Assembly: GCF_009914755.1 (NCBI RefSeq) | Contig: NC_060942.1 | Reading direction: 5' to 3' (one strand) | DNA length: 64,000 nt | Source: the human T2T-CHM13v2.0 reference genome, Homo sapiens | Part shown: positions 51,091 through 64,000 of the stretch, in pieces | How positions within the stretch are numbered: the first letter of the stretch is position 1 | Layout: the number at the start of each line of letters is the position of its first letter | Notes under the pieces: model-generated | What the model was told of the DNA's origin: nothing | What the model saw: only the letters and a program-made list of their open reading frames with translations | Databases searched by the model: none | Made by a program: the position numbers and the translations under genes

Positions 51091-53344
51091 TGATGTGGTT
51101 TGGCTGTGTCCCCACCCAAATCTCACCTTGAATTTGTAGCTCCCATAATCCCCATGTGTTTTAGGAAGGACCCAGTGGGAGGTAATTGAATTATGGGAGT
51201 GGGTCTTTCTCATGCTGTTCTCATGATAGTGAATAAGTCTCACAAGATGTGATGGTTTTATAAAGGGCATTTCTCCTGCACATGCACACTTACCTGCTGC
51301 CATGTAAGATGTGCCTTTGATCCTCCTTTGCCTTACACCACAATTGTGAGGCCTCTCCAGTCATGTGGAACTGTGAGTTCATTAAACATTTTTTGTTTAT
51401 AAATTACCCAGTCTCAGGTATTTCTTCATAGTAGTATGAAAATGGACTAATAGAGGAAAATGGTACTGATAGAGTGGGGTACTGCTATGAAGATACCCGG
51501 AAATGTGGAAGTGACTTTGGAACTGGGTAACAGGCAGAGGTTGGAACAGTTTGGAGGGCTCAGAAGAAGACAAGAAAATATGAGAAAGTTTGAAACTTCC
51601 CTAGAGACTTGTTGAATGGCTTTGACCAAAATGCTCATAGTGAAATGGACAATAAGGTCCAGGCTAAGGTGGTCTCAGATGGAGATGAGAAACTTGTTGA
51701 GAACTACAGTAAAGGTCACTCTTGTTATGCAAAGAGACTGGTGGCATTTTTCCCCTGCCCTAGAGATCTTTGAAACTTTGAACTTGAGAGACATGATTTA
51801 GGGTATATGGAGGGATGAAATTTCTAAGCAACAAAGCATTCAAGACAAGGCAAAGCATACAAGTTTGGAAAACTTGCAGCATGAGAATGTGATAGAAAAC
51901 AAAAACCCATTTTCTGTGGAGAAATTCAAGCCTTCTGCAGAAATTTGCATAAGAAATAAGGAGCCAAATGTTTTCCACTAAGACAATGGTGAACATGTCT
52001 CCAGGGCATGTCAGAGCCTTTCATGGCAGCCCCTCCCATCACAGGCCCAGAGGTCAAGGAGAGAAAAATGGTTTCCTGGGCCAGGTCCAGGGCTCCCAGC
52101 TGTGTGCAGCCTTGGGACTGCCTCTCACCTGCTCCAGGCATGGGAAGGGGTTAAGGTACTGCTAAGCCCATTTCTTCAGAGGGTGCAAGCCTCTAGCCTT
52201 AGCAGGTTTCATGTTGTGTTGAGCTTGCAGGTGCACAGAAATCAAGAATTGAACTTAGGGAACCTCTGTCTAGATGTTAGAGGATGTATAGAAATGCCTG
52301 GATGTCCAAGTACAAGTTTGCTGCAAGGGTGGGGCCCTCATAGAGAACCTCTGTTAGGGCAGTGCAGAAGGGAAATGTGGAGTGCAAGCCCCCACACAGA
52401 GTCCCAACTGGGGCAATGCCTAGTGGAGCTGTGAGAAGAGGGCCACTACCCTCTTTGGACCCCAGAATGGTAGATCCACTGACACCTTGCACCGTGCACC
52501 TGGAAAAGTTGCACACAGTCAATGCCAGCCTGTGAAAGCAGCTGGGAGAGAAGCTGTACCCTGCAAGGCCACAGAGGCATAGCTGCCCAAGGCCATGGGA
52601 GACCACTTCTTGCATCAGCATGCCCTGAATGTGAGACATAGAGTCAAAGGAGATCATTTTGGAACTTTAAGGTTTAATGAGTCCCTATTGGATTTCATAC
52701 TTTCATGGGGTCTGTAGCCCCTTTGTTTTGGTCAATTTCTTCCATTTGGAAGGGGTGTATTTACACAATTCCTGTACCTCCACTGTATCTAGAAAGGAGC
52801 TAAGTTGCTTGTGATTTTACAGGTTCATAGGCTGAAGGGACTTGCCTTGTCTCAGATGAGACTTTGGACTGTGGACTTTTGAATTAATGCCGAAATTAGT
52901 TAATACTTTGGGGGACTGTTGGGGAGTCATAATTGGTTTTGAAATGTGAGGACATGAAATTTGTCAGGGGTCAGGGGCAGAAGGATACGGTTTGCCTGTG
53001 TCCCTACCCAAATTTCATCTTGAATTGTACTTTCCGTATTCCCCATATGTCGTGTGAGGGACCTGATGGGAGTTAATTGAATCATGAGGGCAGGTTTTCC
53101 TGTGATGTTCTCATGACAGTAAATAAGTCTCACAAGGACTGATAGTTTTATAAAGAGCAGTTCCCCTGCACAGGCACCCTTGCCTGCCATCATGTAGGAC
53201 ATGCCTTTGCTCCTCCTTCACCTTCCACCTTGATTGTGAGGCCTCTTTAGCCATGTGGAATGGTGAGTTGGTTAAATCTCTTTTCTTTATAAATTACCCA
53301 GTCTCAGGTGTTTCTTCATAGCAGTATGAAAATAGACTAATATA
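51091..53344 (+). mobile_element. Full-length THE1 MaLR provirus: 5' LTR 51091-51454, internal 51455-52982, 3' LTR 52983-53344
   Basis: Two homologous LTRs in the same orientation; THE1-int motifs (GAAATGTGGAAGTGACTTTGGAACTGGGTAAC, GGACTTGCCTTGTCTCAGATGAGACTTTGGAC); perfect TSD TTCCT. Confidence 0.96.
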
Positions 53345-53505
53345 TTCCTTATCCATATGTGATAATGTATTTTTTCAGGGTCAAATCAAGTCTCTCACGG
53401 CATGGATTGTTACAAGTTTCTTTCAAATTTTGTGGAGTCCTTGCATTTCTCTGACTTCATGTTTTGAAATCCTTTTGGACTGTTTCCCCTAAACAAAATC
53501 CTGAG

Positions 53506-53554
53506 TTTATAACCATGTCTTCCCTGTATTTATAACCATGTCTTCCCTGTATTT
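53506..53554. repeat. 23-bp perfect tandem duplication
   Basis: TTTATAACCATGTCTTCCCTGTA x2. Confidence 0.92.
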
Positions 53555-53737
53555 TTCAGGAAATTCAAACCACTGAGCATTTTGTACAGTAGCAACTTCT
53601 GTGACAGTAGGAGGGCTTATCCCATAGGAACAAACACATTACTCCTTTCCTTTCTATCCTGCCCACATCTTGTTTGCTCTCTGTCCTCTAACATTGCTCC
53701 CCAGTGTGTGATTCTCCACACAATTCAGAAGCCCCTG

Positions 53738-53779
53738 AGAAACACAGCCCAGATGCAGAAACACAGCCCAGATGCAGAA
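53738..53779. repeat. 19-bp perfect tandem duplication
   Basis: AGAAACACAGCCCAGATGC x2 + AGAA. Confidence 0.92.
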
Positions 53780-54014
53780 TGACAGCTCCTCTCAAGGGAA
53801 GATGCACTCACAGGGAAGCCCAGCATGCTTAGCCCAGCTGGACATCTTGCAATGCATTCTTCCTACATTAATAATAATAATAATAATCCCTAAAAATGGA
53901 AGTGCCTAAAAAAATGAACATTAAGAAAGCCCTTACAAATCTGTAACATTACAATTGTTTTGCCCTTCTGATTTTATTTTGGTATATGTGAAGAATAAGT
54001 TCAGAGTCATTATT

Positions 54015-54255
54015 TTGAAGTGGTCCAGAACATAAATTCTAGAGCTAGGCTGTCTGGGTGTGGACTCCAGCTCTGATACTTACTAACTCCATGGGCTTGG
54101 ACAAGGTCCTGCCTGTGGCTTAAGTTTCTCCTCTGTGAAATGTGGATAATGGAATAATACCTCATCAGGCTACTGGAAAGAATAAGTTAGTTACTGCATC
54201 CAAAGCATTCAGAGGAGTGACTGGAACATATCAAGCATTATGTCAGTGCTAACTT
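54015..54255 (+). mobile_element. MIR
   Basis: CTAGAGCTAGGCTGTCTGGG..CCAGCTCTGATACTTACTA..AGTTTCTCCTCTGTGAAATG..ACCTCAT. Confidence 0.8.
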
Positions 54256-57104
54256 ACAAAGTTTGACACTCATAAACTAACCCGCAGATAGATTAAACTC
54301 TGTGGTTAGTGACAAAGTTATTGTCATGTTCCTTAACATGCAATTACAATGCATAGCCCCCAAGTGCTGTGTATGGTTTCATATACGGTAAAGGTTTTTG
54401 CTTTTGTTTTTCTTTCTAGTAGATATATCTTGAAATTAAAGAAAGACTGTCTTCCATTTGTTTTTATTCCCCAGAATCTAGAATCATTTTATTCAAAGAA
54501 ATCACTGAAGATGTTAAGTGAATGAGACTATATCTATATCTGTCATTTCCATAATTTTACTTCTTCTGACTTCTCATTTATATCTGAAATCCAGAATTCT
54601 ATAAAATCTAGGTTTTCATATCCAACCATCTACTTGAAATTTTCAATTAGTCATTTCAAAGACAACGCCAATTCAGCATTTACCACATAGAACTAATGGT
54701 CTGTTCTCTACATAATTTCCCTAGTTCCAACTTCCAAATTTCAGTGTACTGTAATGTTATCAATATAGTTTTAAAAGAGAAAAAGGATATCTTCTATGAA
54801 AGTGTCCTTTTCTATTCTCCAAAATATAGTCTAGCACCAAGTTTCATTGTTGTTATTGTTTTGTGACAATCATTTTATTATTAAATTATTATGGGAGTTT
54901 TGGGTGAGGGAGATTACAAAATAGTAATGAGTTGGGATTTGAATAAATATAATGTCTATATTTGTATGTATGTTTAGAACTGCATAAAAATTGCTGTGTT
55001 GCTGTGAAATTTATTTTCACAAAATATTGTGCAATCTGCTTCCCAAACAATATTCAATATTATATCTAGGACACTTTTCTTTTCATTATACAATTAACTG
55101 ACACTTATTATAAAAATACAACAAATGTCATATAGTTTACTATAAAGAATAAAATTATAACTGTTTTTCCAAATGTAACAATTATTAAAATCCAGAAATA
55201 TCCAATTTGATAAATACAGATATATGTACATATTTATAACCTTCTAAATATGCTTGCTTACACAAAAAATTGTTTTAGAGTGGTTGTAAAATGTTAGAGG
55301 TCTGAAATCCACACATATGTGTGTACACATGCATATGCAACCACACACGTACCCTTCATTATAATGCAGCATGGCTGTAATAAAGACATAAAGTTTTTTG
55401 AATGCAGGTGCCAATGTTTTATATGAAATATGTGAAGTGTTGGGATTTTCTTCTGTCTTAAAAGAACTGTTATGTGTTTTTCCCTTGATGCCACATCTCC
55501 ATGTCCATTTATTTTTACTACCAATATAATTACGCAGCCTTTAACCTGCTTTCCTAGCCAGCCCTATCTAAGTCAGAACTATTGTCAAATTGCCACTAAA
55601 AATATTAGGGGTAAATATCTAGAAGTAAAATAACACAATTCATTACATGGGTAAATATCCAGAATTGAAATAACAAAATTAAAGGGTATTTAAAGACTAT
55701 TTAAGTGTACTAGGTATTAACGTTAACTGTAGTCACTGATCTATCAAAGACCAGGTCTTATTTCCTCTAGCTGTACATTTGTACTCATTATCTGCTCTCT
55801 TTCATGTTCATAAAACCTTCCCTAATAATCCCATGTGCCTATACCTTTCATCAATAAGCTTTTTGTACAAACACTCTACCTAAGTCTTATAGGGAATTCT
55901 AAATAGGATATAGAATCCAATAGTTTTTTTCACCAATGAAGAGTATTTGTTTTCTTAATTGCTAAAGGAAAGTATGTTAAACTCTTCAAAGTTGATATTT
56001 GCCAACTTTTTCCCCAATAGGACAGCATTCCAATTATTGTTTTAGCATAAAGAACAAATTCTCATAGGCATTTTCAATGTTAGGGACAAAATTGTATAGA
56101 AACAATAAATTCTTCCACATTTAGGTTTTGGGATGTGATTAGTAGGCTCCAGTATGGTCCCAAGTTAATCCCACCCAGTGAGCCCTGATTCACAGAGGTC
56201 CTGTCTTTAAGAGTCTCAGCTCCTACATTTTCTTTCTATTGCCCATAGTCCCCTAAGTACCTTCCAGAGACTCATGATACTTTCCCATTTATTCTTATTT
56301 CATTTGACTTGAACGCATGCTATTTGAGAGTATAATATGCAATCATCACAAAGGGACGCCAGACCTCTAGGAAGAAGAACTAGAGTTGCAAGTGTAACAG
56401 GTAGAAACTTGAAGGGCTTTTTAATCACTCTGTTGCTTATATTTTAAAGGCTGACCTAAAAATGCTGTCACTGAGAATTTTACGTGTAGTGATATAGATA
56501 AGGCTAAACTACTGTTATTGTACCACTGAAGCAGAGCAAGTTCCTGTCCCAGGTGCAGGGATTATTTTAGGAAGGTCAATGCCATTCTTTCATAGTTACA
56601 AAGGCCATGATACCAAGATTACAAGATTATAACATTATCTATCCATAATAGGTGGACTGTACAGATTTGCCTGCCCCAGGCCTGTAACCATTCAGGAATG
56701 ACAAAATGCATGTTTTCCAACCAATTTTCCTGAAATAATAATAAGTAACATGTACTGTATATTTGCTATGTGTCAATCATATATATGTACATATTATATA
56801 TATATATATATATAATCTTCAACATGTTAGAAAAAATAGGGCTGACACTTTCTGTGACATTCCCATGAAACTTACCTATATGACTGCTATGCAGTTGATT
56901 ACTCTTACAAAATAGCAACACATTATGACAAAGGCAATTAAAGGATTTCAACTATAACTTTTATGCTAAATGTAATCTCTTTACCAGAAAAAAATTAAAA
57001 TGTCCCCACTACTCAGTATGCACCTACTGCTCTATGAAATGCCTTTCTCCCTATCACAGTTAAGAATCACCATTAGAAGTTATTGGGGTTCATTAAGGAG
57101 AGAA

Positions 57105-58530
57105 AAAACTACATCTTCCCTGTTTACCTCAGAGTCACATCAACTCTTTGGCTTCCCAACATAATCTAGTCCAAAGAGGGATATTTCAGGCAACATATAT
57201 CATGTTTGAGTGTGCCTCTCTGACCCATTAACTGAGTAACACATAAACTCCAGTTGTGTGGGACCCAGAGCAAGTGAGGCCCTGCGGCAGCTGCAGAGCG
57301 GTGCAGCTGCTCAGCTGTTGAGGTCAGAGCCCTCAGCAGATGCAATGAGGCTGAAGTGTCAGCAGCAGAAAACAAGGCCATGCAGGGCCTGTGGTGAGCC
57401 CTCTGTGTGACTCACAGAGCAGATCTTCAGAATTTTACAGCAAAGCTATGACACACTCTGCAGATGAGTGTCTTTCTTTGGAACGACACCTTCTACCTTG
57501 TCATTGTGTGCTGGTGGAAAATAAGGAGTACCAAGAGACCGTGCAATCCCGAATGCTGAGCATGAACTCAGTGTTATCCAAACCTGTCCATGACATAGAA
57601 TTGAATGTAAACATAGCAATCCATCTTCAAGTACAAGTACTAGGTAGGAGATGGGCTGAAGCAGGTCTTGAAAGCGCAAGGCAGTTCTATGACCAAGCAG
57701 TTCTGACTTTCATGGCTGTTCTATTTATCTCCAGGTTTCCCACAATCCACAGGTAAATCTGCATGGAACGTTTCATATAAATAGTCTTATTTTTATAAAA
57801 CAAAACAAAACACAAGCCTGATTTACAGTTGGTTCTTCAAAATATGCTTGAACTGCCCAGCAATGTTTTAAAGCAATATGATAGCCCCACTTAGGATTCC
57901 CTTGGAGGACAACGGGTGTATTAGTCAAGATATACTAAAGGGACAGTGCTAATAGGATAGATGTGTGTATGAAGGCGAGTTTCTTAGGAGAATTGACTCA
58001 CACTATGAGAAGGGGAAGTCCCACAATAGGCAATTGCAAGCTGAGGAGGCAGGAAGCCAGTCCAAGTCCCAAAAGTAGGGAAGTCAACAGTGCAGCCTTC
58101 AGTCCGTGGCCAAAGGCAAATCACTGGCAAATTACTGGTGTAAGTCCAAGAACCCAAAACCTGAAGAACTTGGAGTCTGATGTTCGAGGGCAGGAAGCTT
58201 CCAGCACAGGAGAAAGATGGAGGCTAAAAGACTCAGTAAGTCGAGTGTTTCCACGTTCGTCTACCTGCTTTTATTCTAGCCATGCTGGCAGCTGATTAGA
58301 TTTTTCCCACCCAGATTGAGGGTGGGTCTGCCTCTTCCAGTCCACTGACTCAAAAGTTAATCTCCTTTGGCAATACCCTCACAGACACACCCGAGAACAA
58401 TACTTTGCATCCTTCTATCTAATCAAGTAGACACTTGATATTAACCATCTCAATGGGTAAGTTGACAAGTTGGCAAAGCTTCAAGTTTTGTATCTCTTTT
58501 TAAATTTAGTGTGAAAAGAGACACCACCTC
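57105..58530 (+). mobile_element. ERVL internal pol remnant (RT, tether/RNase H), interrupted by MLT2
   Basis: LPQ-like at ~57125; ORF 57391 FYSKAMTHSADECLSLERHLLPCHCVLVE resembles ERVL FWSKALPSSADNYSPFEKQLLACYWALVE; AWFTDGS-like at ~57816; GKSSQWAEL-like segment after the LTR. Confidence 0.78.
57917..58452 (-). mobile_element. MLT2A2-like (HERV-L) solo LTR
   Basis: TGTATTAGTCA..AACTTGGAGTCTGATGTTCGAGGGCAGGAAG..CCCACCCAGATTGAGGGTGGGTCTGCC..ATTAACCATCTCA; TSD ACGGG/ATGGG. Confidence 0.93.
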
Positions 58531-60442
58531 CCATTATTAGAGGCCCTAACTGGAATGCTAAAAAAAAAAAAAAAAATTCAGGCAGTCATTGGTTTTTATA
58601 CCTTCCAAATATTTATTTCACTTATGTACCCATTGTCTTAAAACAATCACAAGGTCTTTCTAAGACAAAAATTTTTATGGCAGTTTTTAAGTGGTGACCA
58701 TGTAAGTTCCTCCTTCATTAAACAACTATCCGTGAAATGTAAACATCTTTCTAGTATAAAAATCATAGCATTTTAGTGTTTGACCTTTTCGTCACTAAAT
58801 CCAAATGCCATATGGTGATGTTTTTTTTCTATTATTTATCGTTTTCTTGTGAACATTACATATTAGCTTTCCATTGACTGATAAATGAATAAATTATAAA
58901 TGAATAAAGTATGAATAAGGCATTTCCTCATCATTAATCGTACTAAAAATAGTAGCAGGCATTGGAGATGTTGTTTTGGGTAGGAGACAGATCACAAACA
59001 CTGGCCCCTAAGACCGAGGTTTTAAAATATTTCATATTGTCAAATACATCTTTTAGAAACTGAATTTATACCCATCTAACCTTCAGATAGTTTAGTGTCA
59101 GTAATGACGTTTAAAATTTTTTTATTTTAAAATCTGTTATTTTAGCAGTAAATCAATAAATTACTACAAAGGATGTAAGTTATATAGTAGATATAAATAA
59201 ACAATAGACAACATCTAGATTTATATCTCTAAAAAAGAAACAGGAAAATGAGAAATGTACACTGGAATCTGATTATAGGCAAAAAAACAAAAAACAAAAA
59301 ACAAAAAAAAACCCATAGTAAGGAATCTATGTAAAAATTAAAACTATTTTCTGTTTTTCAAGGTGCCTGATTTTAAACCTCTGTATAGAGTCATAGTTTA
59401 TTCTTTTACTTTGGCATGCATACATATATTAAAAAACATGTTATCTTAAAGAAAAGAAAATTTTTCTCAAAGTCAAGCCTAAGATGGATTCTTTATTCAA
59501 TGTCTTGTTACAGTCTCAGCAGCCGACATCATTTCCATGTTCCCATGTAGTCAAGTGAAGCCCTCTGCATCTGACTTTCCCCACTTCTCAGTGGGTACTG
59601 GTAAGCAACAATGTCTGAAAGAAATTGAAGGAAGAATCCACCACTACAATAAGACAAGCGAAACATGTGAAAGCCTTAAATTGGGAAAAGTGTCATTTGA
59701 GTTCAGCGAGATGAAGTTGGTCTATAGTCATTTCCTGTTTGATCATGCCCAGAGGGAGGAGAGAGGAATCCCAAAATAAAAAGACGCTGGTTGAATAAAC
59801 ACACTAAGCAACTCGGGCACACTGCCACACAATTCACACACAACCTCCCTCCATTAAGAGTGTCCCCACATAAAATAATGTAGTTATATGACATTATAGT
59901 TACTTTATTCAGCTCTAGATCTGAGATGACTAGATAATACATTCATCTTAGTTCTAAAATTGGCTGCTTGGGATCTGAAAATCTGTAGCTAAAAAATGAA
60001 TATAACTATTTCAAAAGTACCAAATGTCACATAATAGATAGAAATAAAAATAACTGCAATGGAAACAGCCGGTTACAAAAGGCTAGCAGAGGAAATAACA
60101 CATTATGTTGCCATAACTTGCTGGAAAGTGATAGCAAAGATTAGATATCATAGTTGGAAACCAAGCGGCTTCCTTCGTGACCAATTTGCCTGTCCCTGGT
60201 TCTACAATTTAGGAGATTATCTCTCTTGGTCCATTATGGCTCATGTCCCCAACAGAAAGACAAACTGGGGTGCTTTTCTCCTTTTCTCCATTAGAGAATA
60301 CACTATGTAAGAAATTCAACGCTTGCCCATCCAGGTTTCAAGGATTCCTGGATTTCTCTTGGAAACTGAGCTGTCATAGACTTTTGTTTTACAGAGCTGG
60401 GGGTTTGTGATCATACAACTCCTTTAAGTGAAGATCTCAAGC

Positions 60443-60774
60443 CATGGTTGGCAAACTACAGCCCTTGGATCAAATCTACCCCACTGTCTGTTTTTATATG
60501 ACCTCCTATCAACAGATTTTTTTTACATTTAAATTGTTTTTAAAACTCAAAAGAAAAATGATATTTTATGAAATGAAAATCACACAATTTAAGTTTCAGC
60601 ATCAAAATATAAAGTTTTATTGGGACACATCCCCACTCATTCATTCATGCATTGTCTGTCATTGCTTTTCTACTCCAATAGCAGAGTTGAGTTGGTCGTG
60701 ACAGAGACGTATGGCGCACAATACCTAAACTGCTTACTATCTGGCCCTTCACAGAAAAAGTTTGCTAACTCCTG
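60443..60774. mobile_element. MER58B (hAT-Charlie)
   Basis: GTTGGCAAACTACAGCCC..ATAAAGTTTTATTGG..TACTATCTGGCCCTTCACAGAAAAAGTTTGC. Confidence 0.88.
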
Positions 60775-61119
60775 ATCTAGATACCAGAATGGAGCTGTCT
60801 GCCATTCGGCAACTGATTTCAGATTCTTTTCATCCCCTTAGCCCTCATATTGAATGCCTCATCTAGGGAACTATCTTCTAAAGTCATGTTTGGCAATATA
60901 ATGAAATATTTAAGCAGCTAAGCATTTCCTTCAGCCCTAGAAGACATTTCAGTGGATTTCATTATACATTGGCAGAGAAGGGGTGTGAGAATGAAGTGGA
61001 AGCCAGAGAAGCCCTAGCTGTGTTGGTTCTAATTCTTTCTTTTCCTGCCTTCATATGTTTAGGCAAACATATGATTTTGGAGGATGAAGTGAGGGGAAGA
61101 AAAGTGATTACCTGTCAAG

Positions 61120-61880
61120 TGGCAAAGACTCTCCTTTGACCAAAATTTTAACCAGGTTTCTCTGAGTCTTCGGACTCGATCTTGGGCTTTTCTCTCTGTC
61201 CTTGTAGAACCCAGATTGAGCAAGAACCCTTCTGATATGGTTTGGATTTATGTCTCCATCCAAATCTCATCTCGAATTGTAACCCCTGCCTCTCAAAGGA
61301 GCGAGCTGGTGGGAGGCGACTGGATCATGGGGGCAGTTTCCCCATGCTGTTTTTGTGATAGTGAGGGAGTTCTCACAAGATTTGATGGTTATAAATGTGT
61401 TTGATAGTTCCCCCTTTCTCTTTATCTCACTCCCCTGTTGCCATGTAAGTCACGCCTTGCTTCCCCTTCACCTTCTGCCATGATTATAAGTTTCCTGAGG
61501 CCTTCCCAGCCATGCAGAACTGTGGGTCAATTAAACCTTTTATCTTCATAAATCACCCAGTCTCAGGTAGTATCATCATAGCAGTGTGAGAACGGACTAA
61601 TACCTTCCAACTTGGTTTCATGAAAACTCCCCTCCCTTGGTATCTGACTACCCTGTATATCTGATTACCCTATCCATCAAGTTGCTTTAGCCAGAAACTT
61701 CTTATCCACGATGTTCCCTCTTAGTAAGTTTCCATCCACTGTCCCCGATCTGCTCGTTGGCCATAAATCCCCACTTGCCAATCCTGTTGCAGTGGTCTTT
61801 ATACCTAGCCCCATGGTTCCCCTTGAATGAAGTAAGCTTTACCATCTTTAACAAGTATTTGAATAAGTTTTTCTTTAACA
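61120..61880 (+). mobile_element. MER31-like ERV1 LTR split by THE1
   Basis: CAAAGACTCTCCTTTGACCAAA..TCTTAGTAAGTTTCCATCCACTG..TTTTTCTTTAACA. Confidence 0.75.
61233..61602 (+). mobile_element. THE1D/MSTA-like solo LTR
   Basis: TGATATGGTTTGG..CAAATCTCATCTCGAATTGTAA..TAAGTTTCCTGAGGCC..GAACGGACTAATA; TSD CCTTC. Confidence 0.9.
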
Positions 61881-62191
61881 CAAACAAAGCTTACTATTAC
61901 GTAACTCTCAGCCATCCTGGATTTCACACTAAGCTAAAAGGCTTATTTTATCCTGGTTGTATCATATTTTTCATGTCTTTGCTTTCAGATATGCCAACAT
62001 AGATTGATCATAACTTTTTTCCTGTAACACTTTGTTAAATGTAGCAAAACGAAGTCAACATATTTCAAAGTGTTGTTATATTTTTACTGCCTTCTAAAGC
62101 CCCAAACTCCGTAGACTAGAATATGAGTTCCAGGTTATTGTAGATGACAGTTTAAACAGCTGTTTTGCTGTTGTTTAAGAATCACAAACTT

Positions 62192-63165
<974 letters not shown>

Positions 63166-63744
63166 CTTTTCTATGTGTAACTAGATATTTTAAGAGGCAG
63201 TTTGCCAATATATTTTAAATTTAAAATGAGCACCCAAATCAAGAATATTTACATCATGTTAATTGGGGTGGGCTGAGGTGGGGTACGGGATAAAATTGTT
63301 TCTATGCCAACTAGACCTAAAAAGATGTCATCACCTGAGGCCATTTACAAATGCAATATTTACAATATAAATTTCTATCAGTAGGAATTGCCAAATTAAC
63401 TAGTTAATTAAAATGGGACACCCAAATATGGATACTAAGCAGTATTTTAAAATAAGTACTTGTGTAATTAACATTAGGTATAATCACCTGTAGTTACAAA
63501 AAAGTTAATACAGTATAATGTAAACAGGATACTATATTTTATATATGTACAGGAAATTATGTGTCTAAGTTTTATATATATGTATCTCTGAAAACAAAAA
63601 ATTGTAAAATATTCTAAATAAGAAGGCAACATTGATTATTTCTAGAACTCTGTCTTAGGATGTCTTCTCTAGACTTATCTCAGTGGCTTAAACTGTTACT
63701 ACACAATGTATTCATAGATAAAGTATGTAGTTAAAAACATTTGA

Positions 63745-63996
63745 TAAGCAGGAACAGAAACCAAATATTGCATGTTCTCACATATAAGTGGAAGCTAAAC
63801 ATTGAGTACACATGGACACAAAGAAGGGAACAATAGACACCCTACTTGAGGGTGAGGATTAAAAAAAACTACCTGTCAGGTACTATGCCTGTTACCTGTG
63901 TGATGAAATAATCTGCAACCAAATCCCCACAACATGCGATTCGCCTATATAACAAACTGCACATGGACCCCTGAACATGAAGCAAAAGTTTAAAAA
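63745..63996 (+). mobile_element. L1PA15/16-like 3' UTR, 5'-truncated
   Basis: CAAATATTGCATGTTCTCA..ATTGAGTACACATGGACACAAAGAAGGGAAC..GCACATGGACCCCTGAAC. Confidence 0.9.
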
Positions 63997-64000
63997 CACT

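Noticed and set aside
51926-52657. Overlapping 65-126 aa ORFs
   Set aside because: They lie in the GC-richer THE1 internal region and are fragmented by stops and frameshifts.

Overview
Primate (human-like) nuclear DNA, AT-rich and dominated by decayed transposable elements: Alu J/S/Y, L1PA/MA/MB/MC/MD/ME, L2, MIR, MaLR (MLT1, THE1), ERVL (MLT2, LTR16/33/50-like, pol and dUTPase remnants), MER31 and hAT/Tigger DNA elements. I recognise no protein-coding gene, tRNA, rRNA, CpG island or CRISPR array. The listed ORFs (all 140 aa or shorter) are TE-derived, repeat-derived or chance. The window looks intergenic or deep-intronic/lncRNA. Repeat subfamily names come from recalled consensus motifs, not a database search, and edges of old elements are approximate. 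Best leads: (1) a full-length THE1 whose 3' LTR keeps a DUX4 motif, TATA and ATG, has a stronger splice donor and has lost its polyA signal, plus a similar solo THE1 LTR pointing the other way and several candidate exons; (2) a ~21-copy 24-bp minisatellite next to a near-full-length L2; (3) an inverted-repeat mosaic at 45.4-45.9 kb; (4) a tailless, internally deleted Alu with a TSD. None of this demonstrates a new biological system; these are testable hypotheses.
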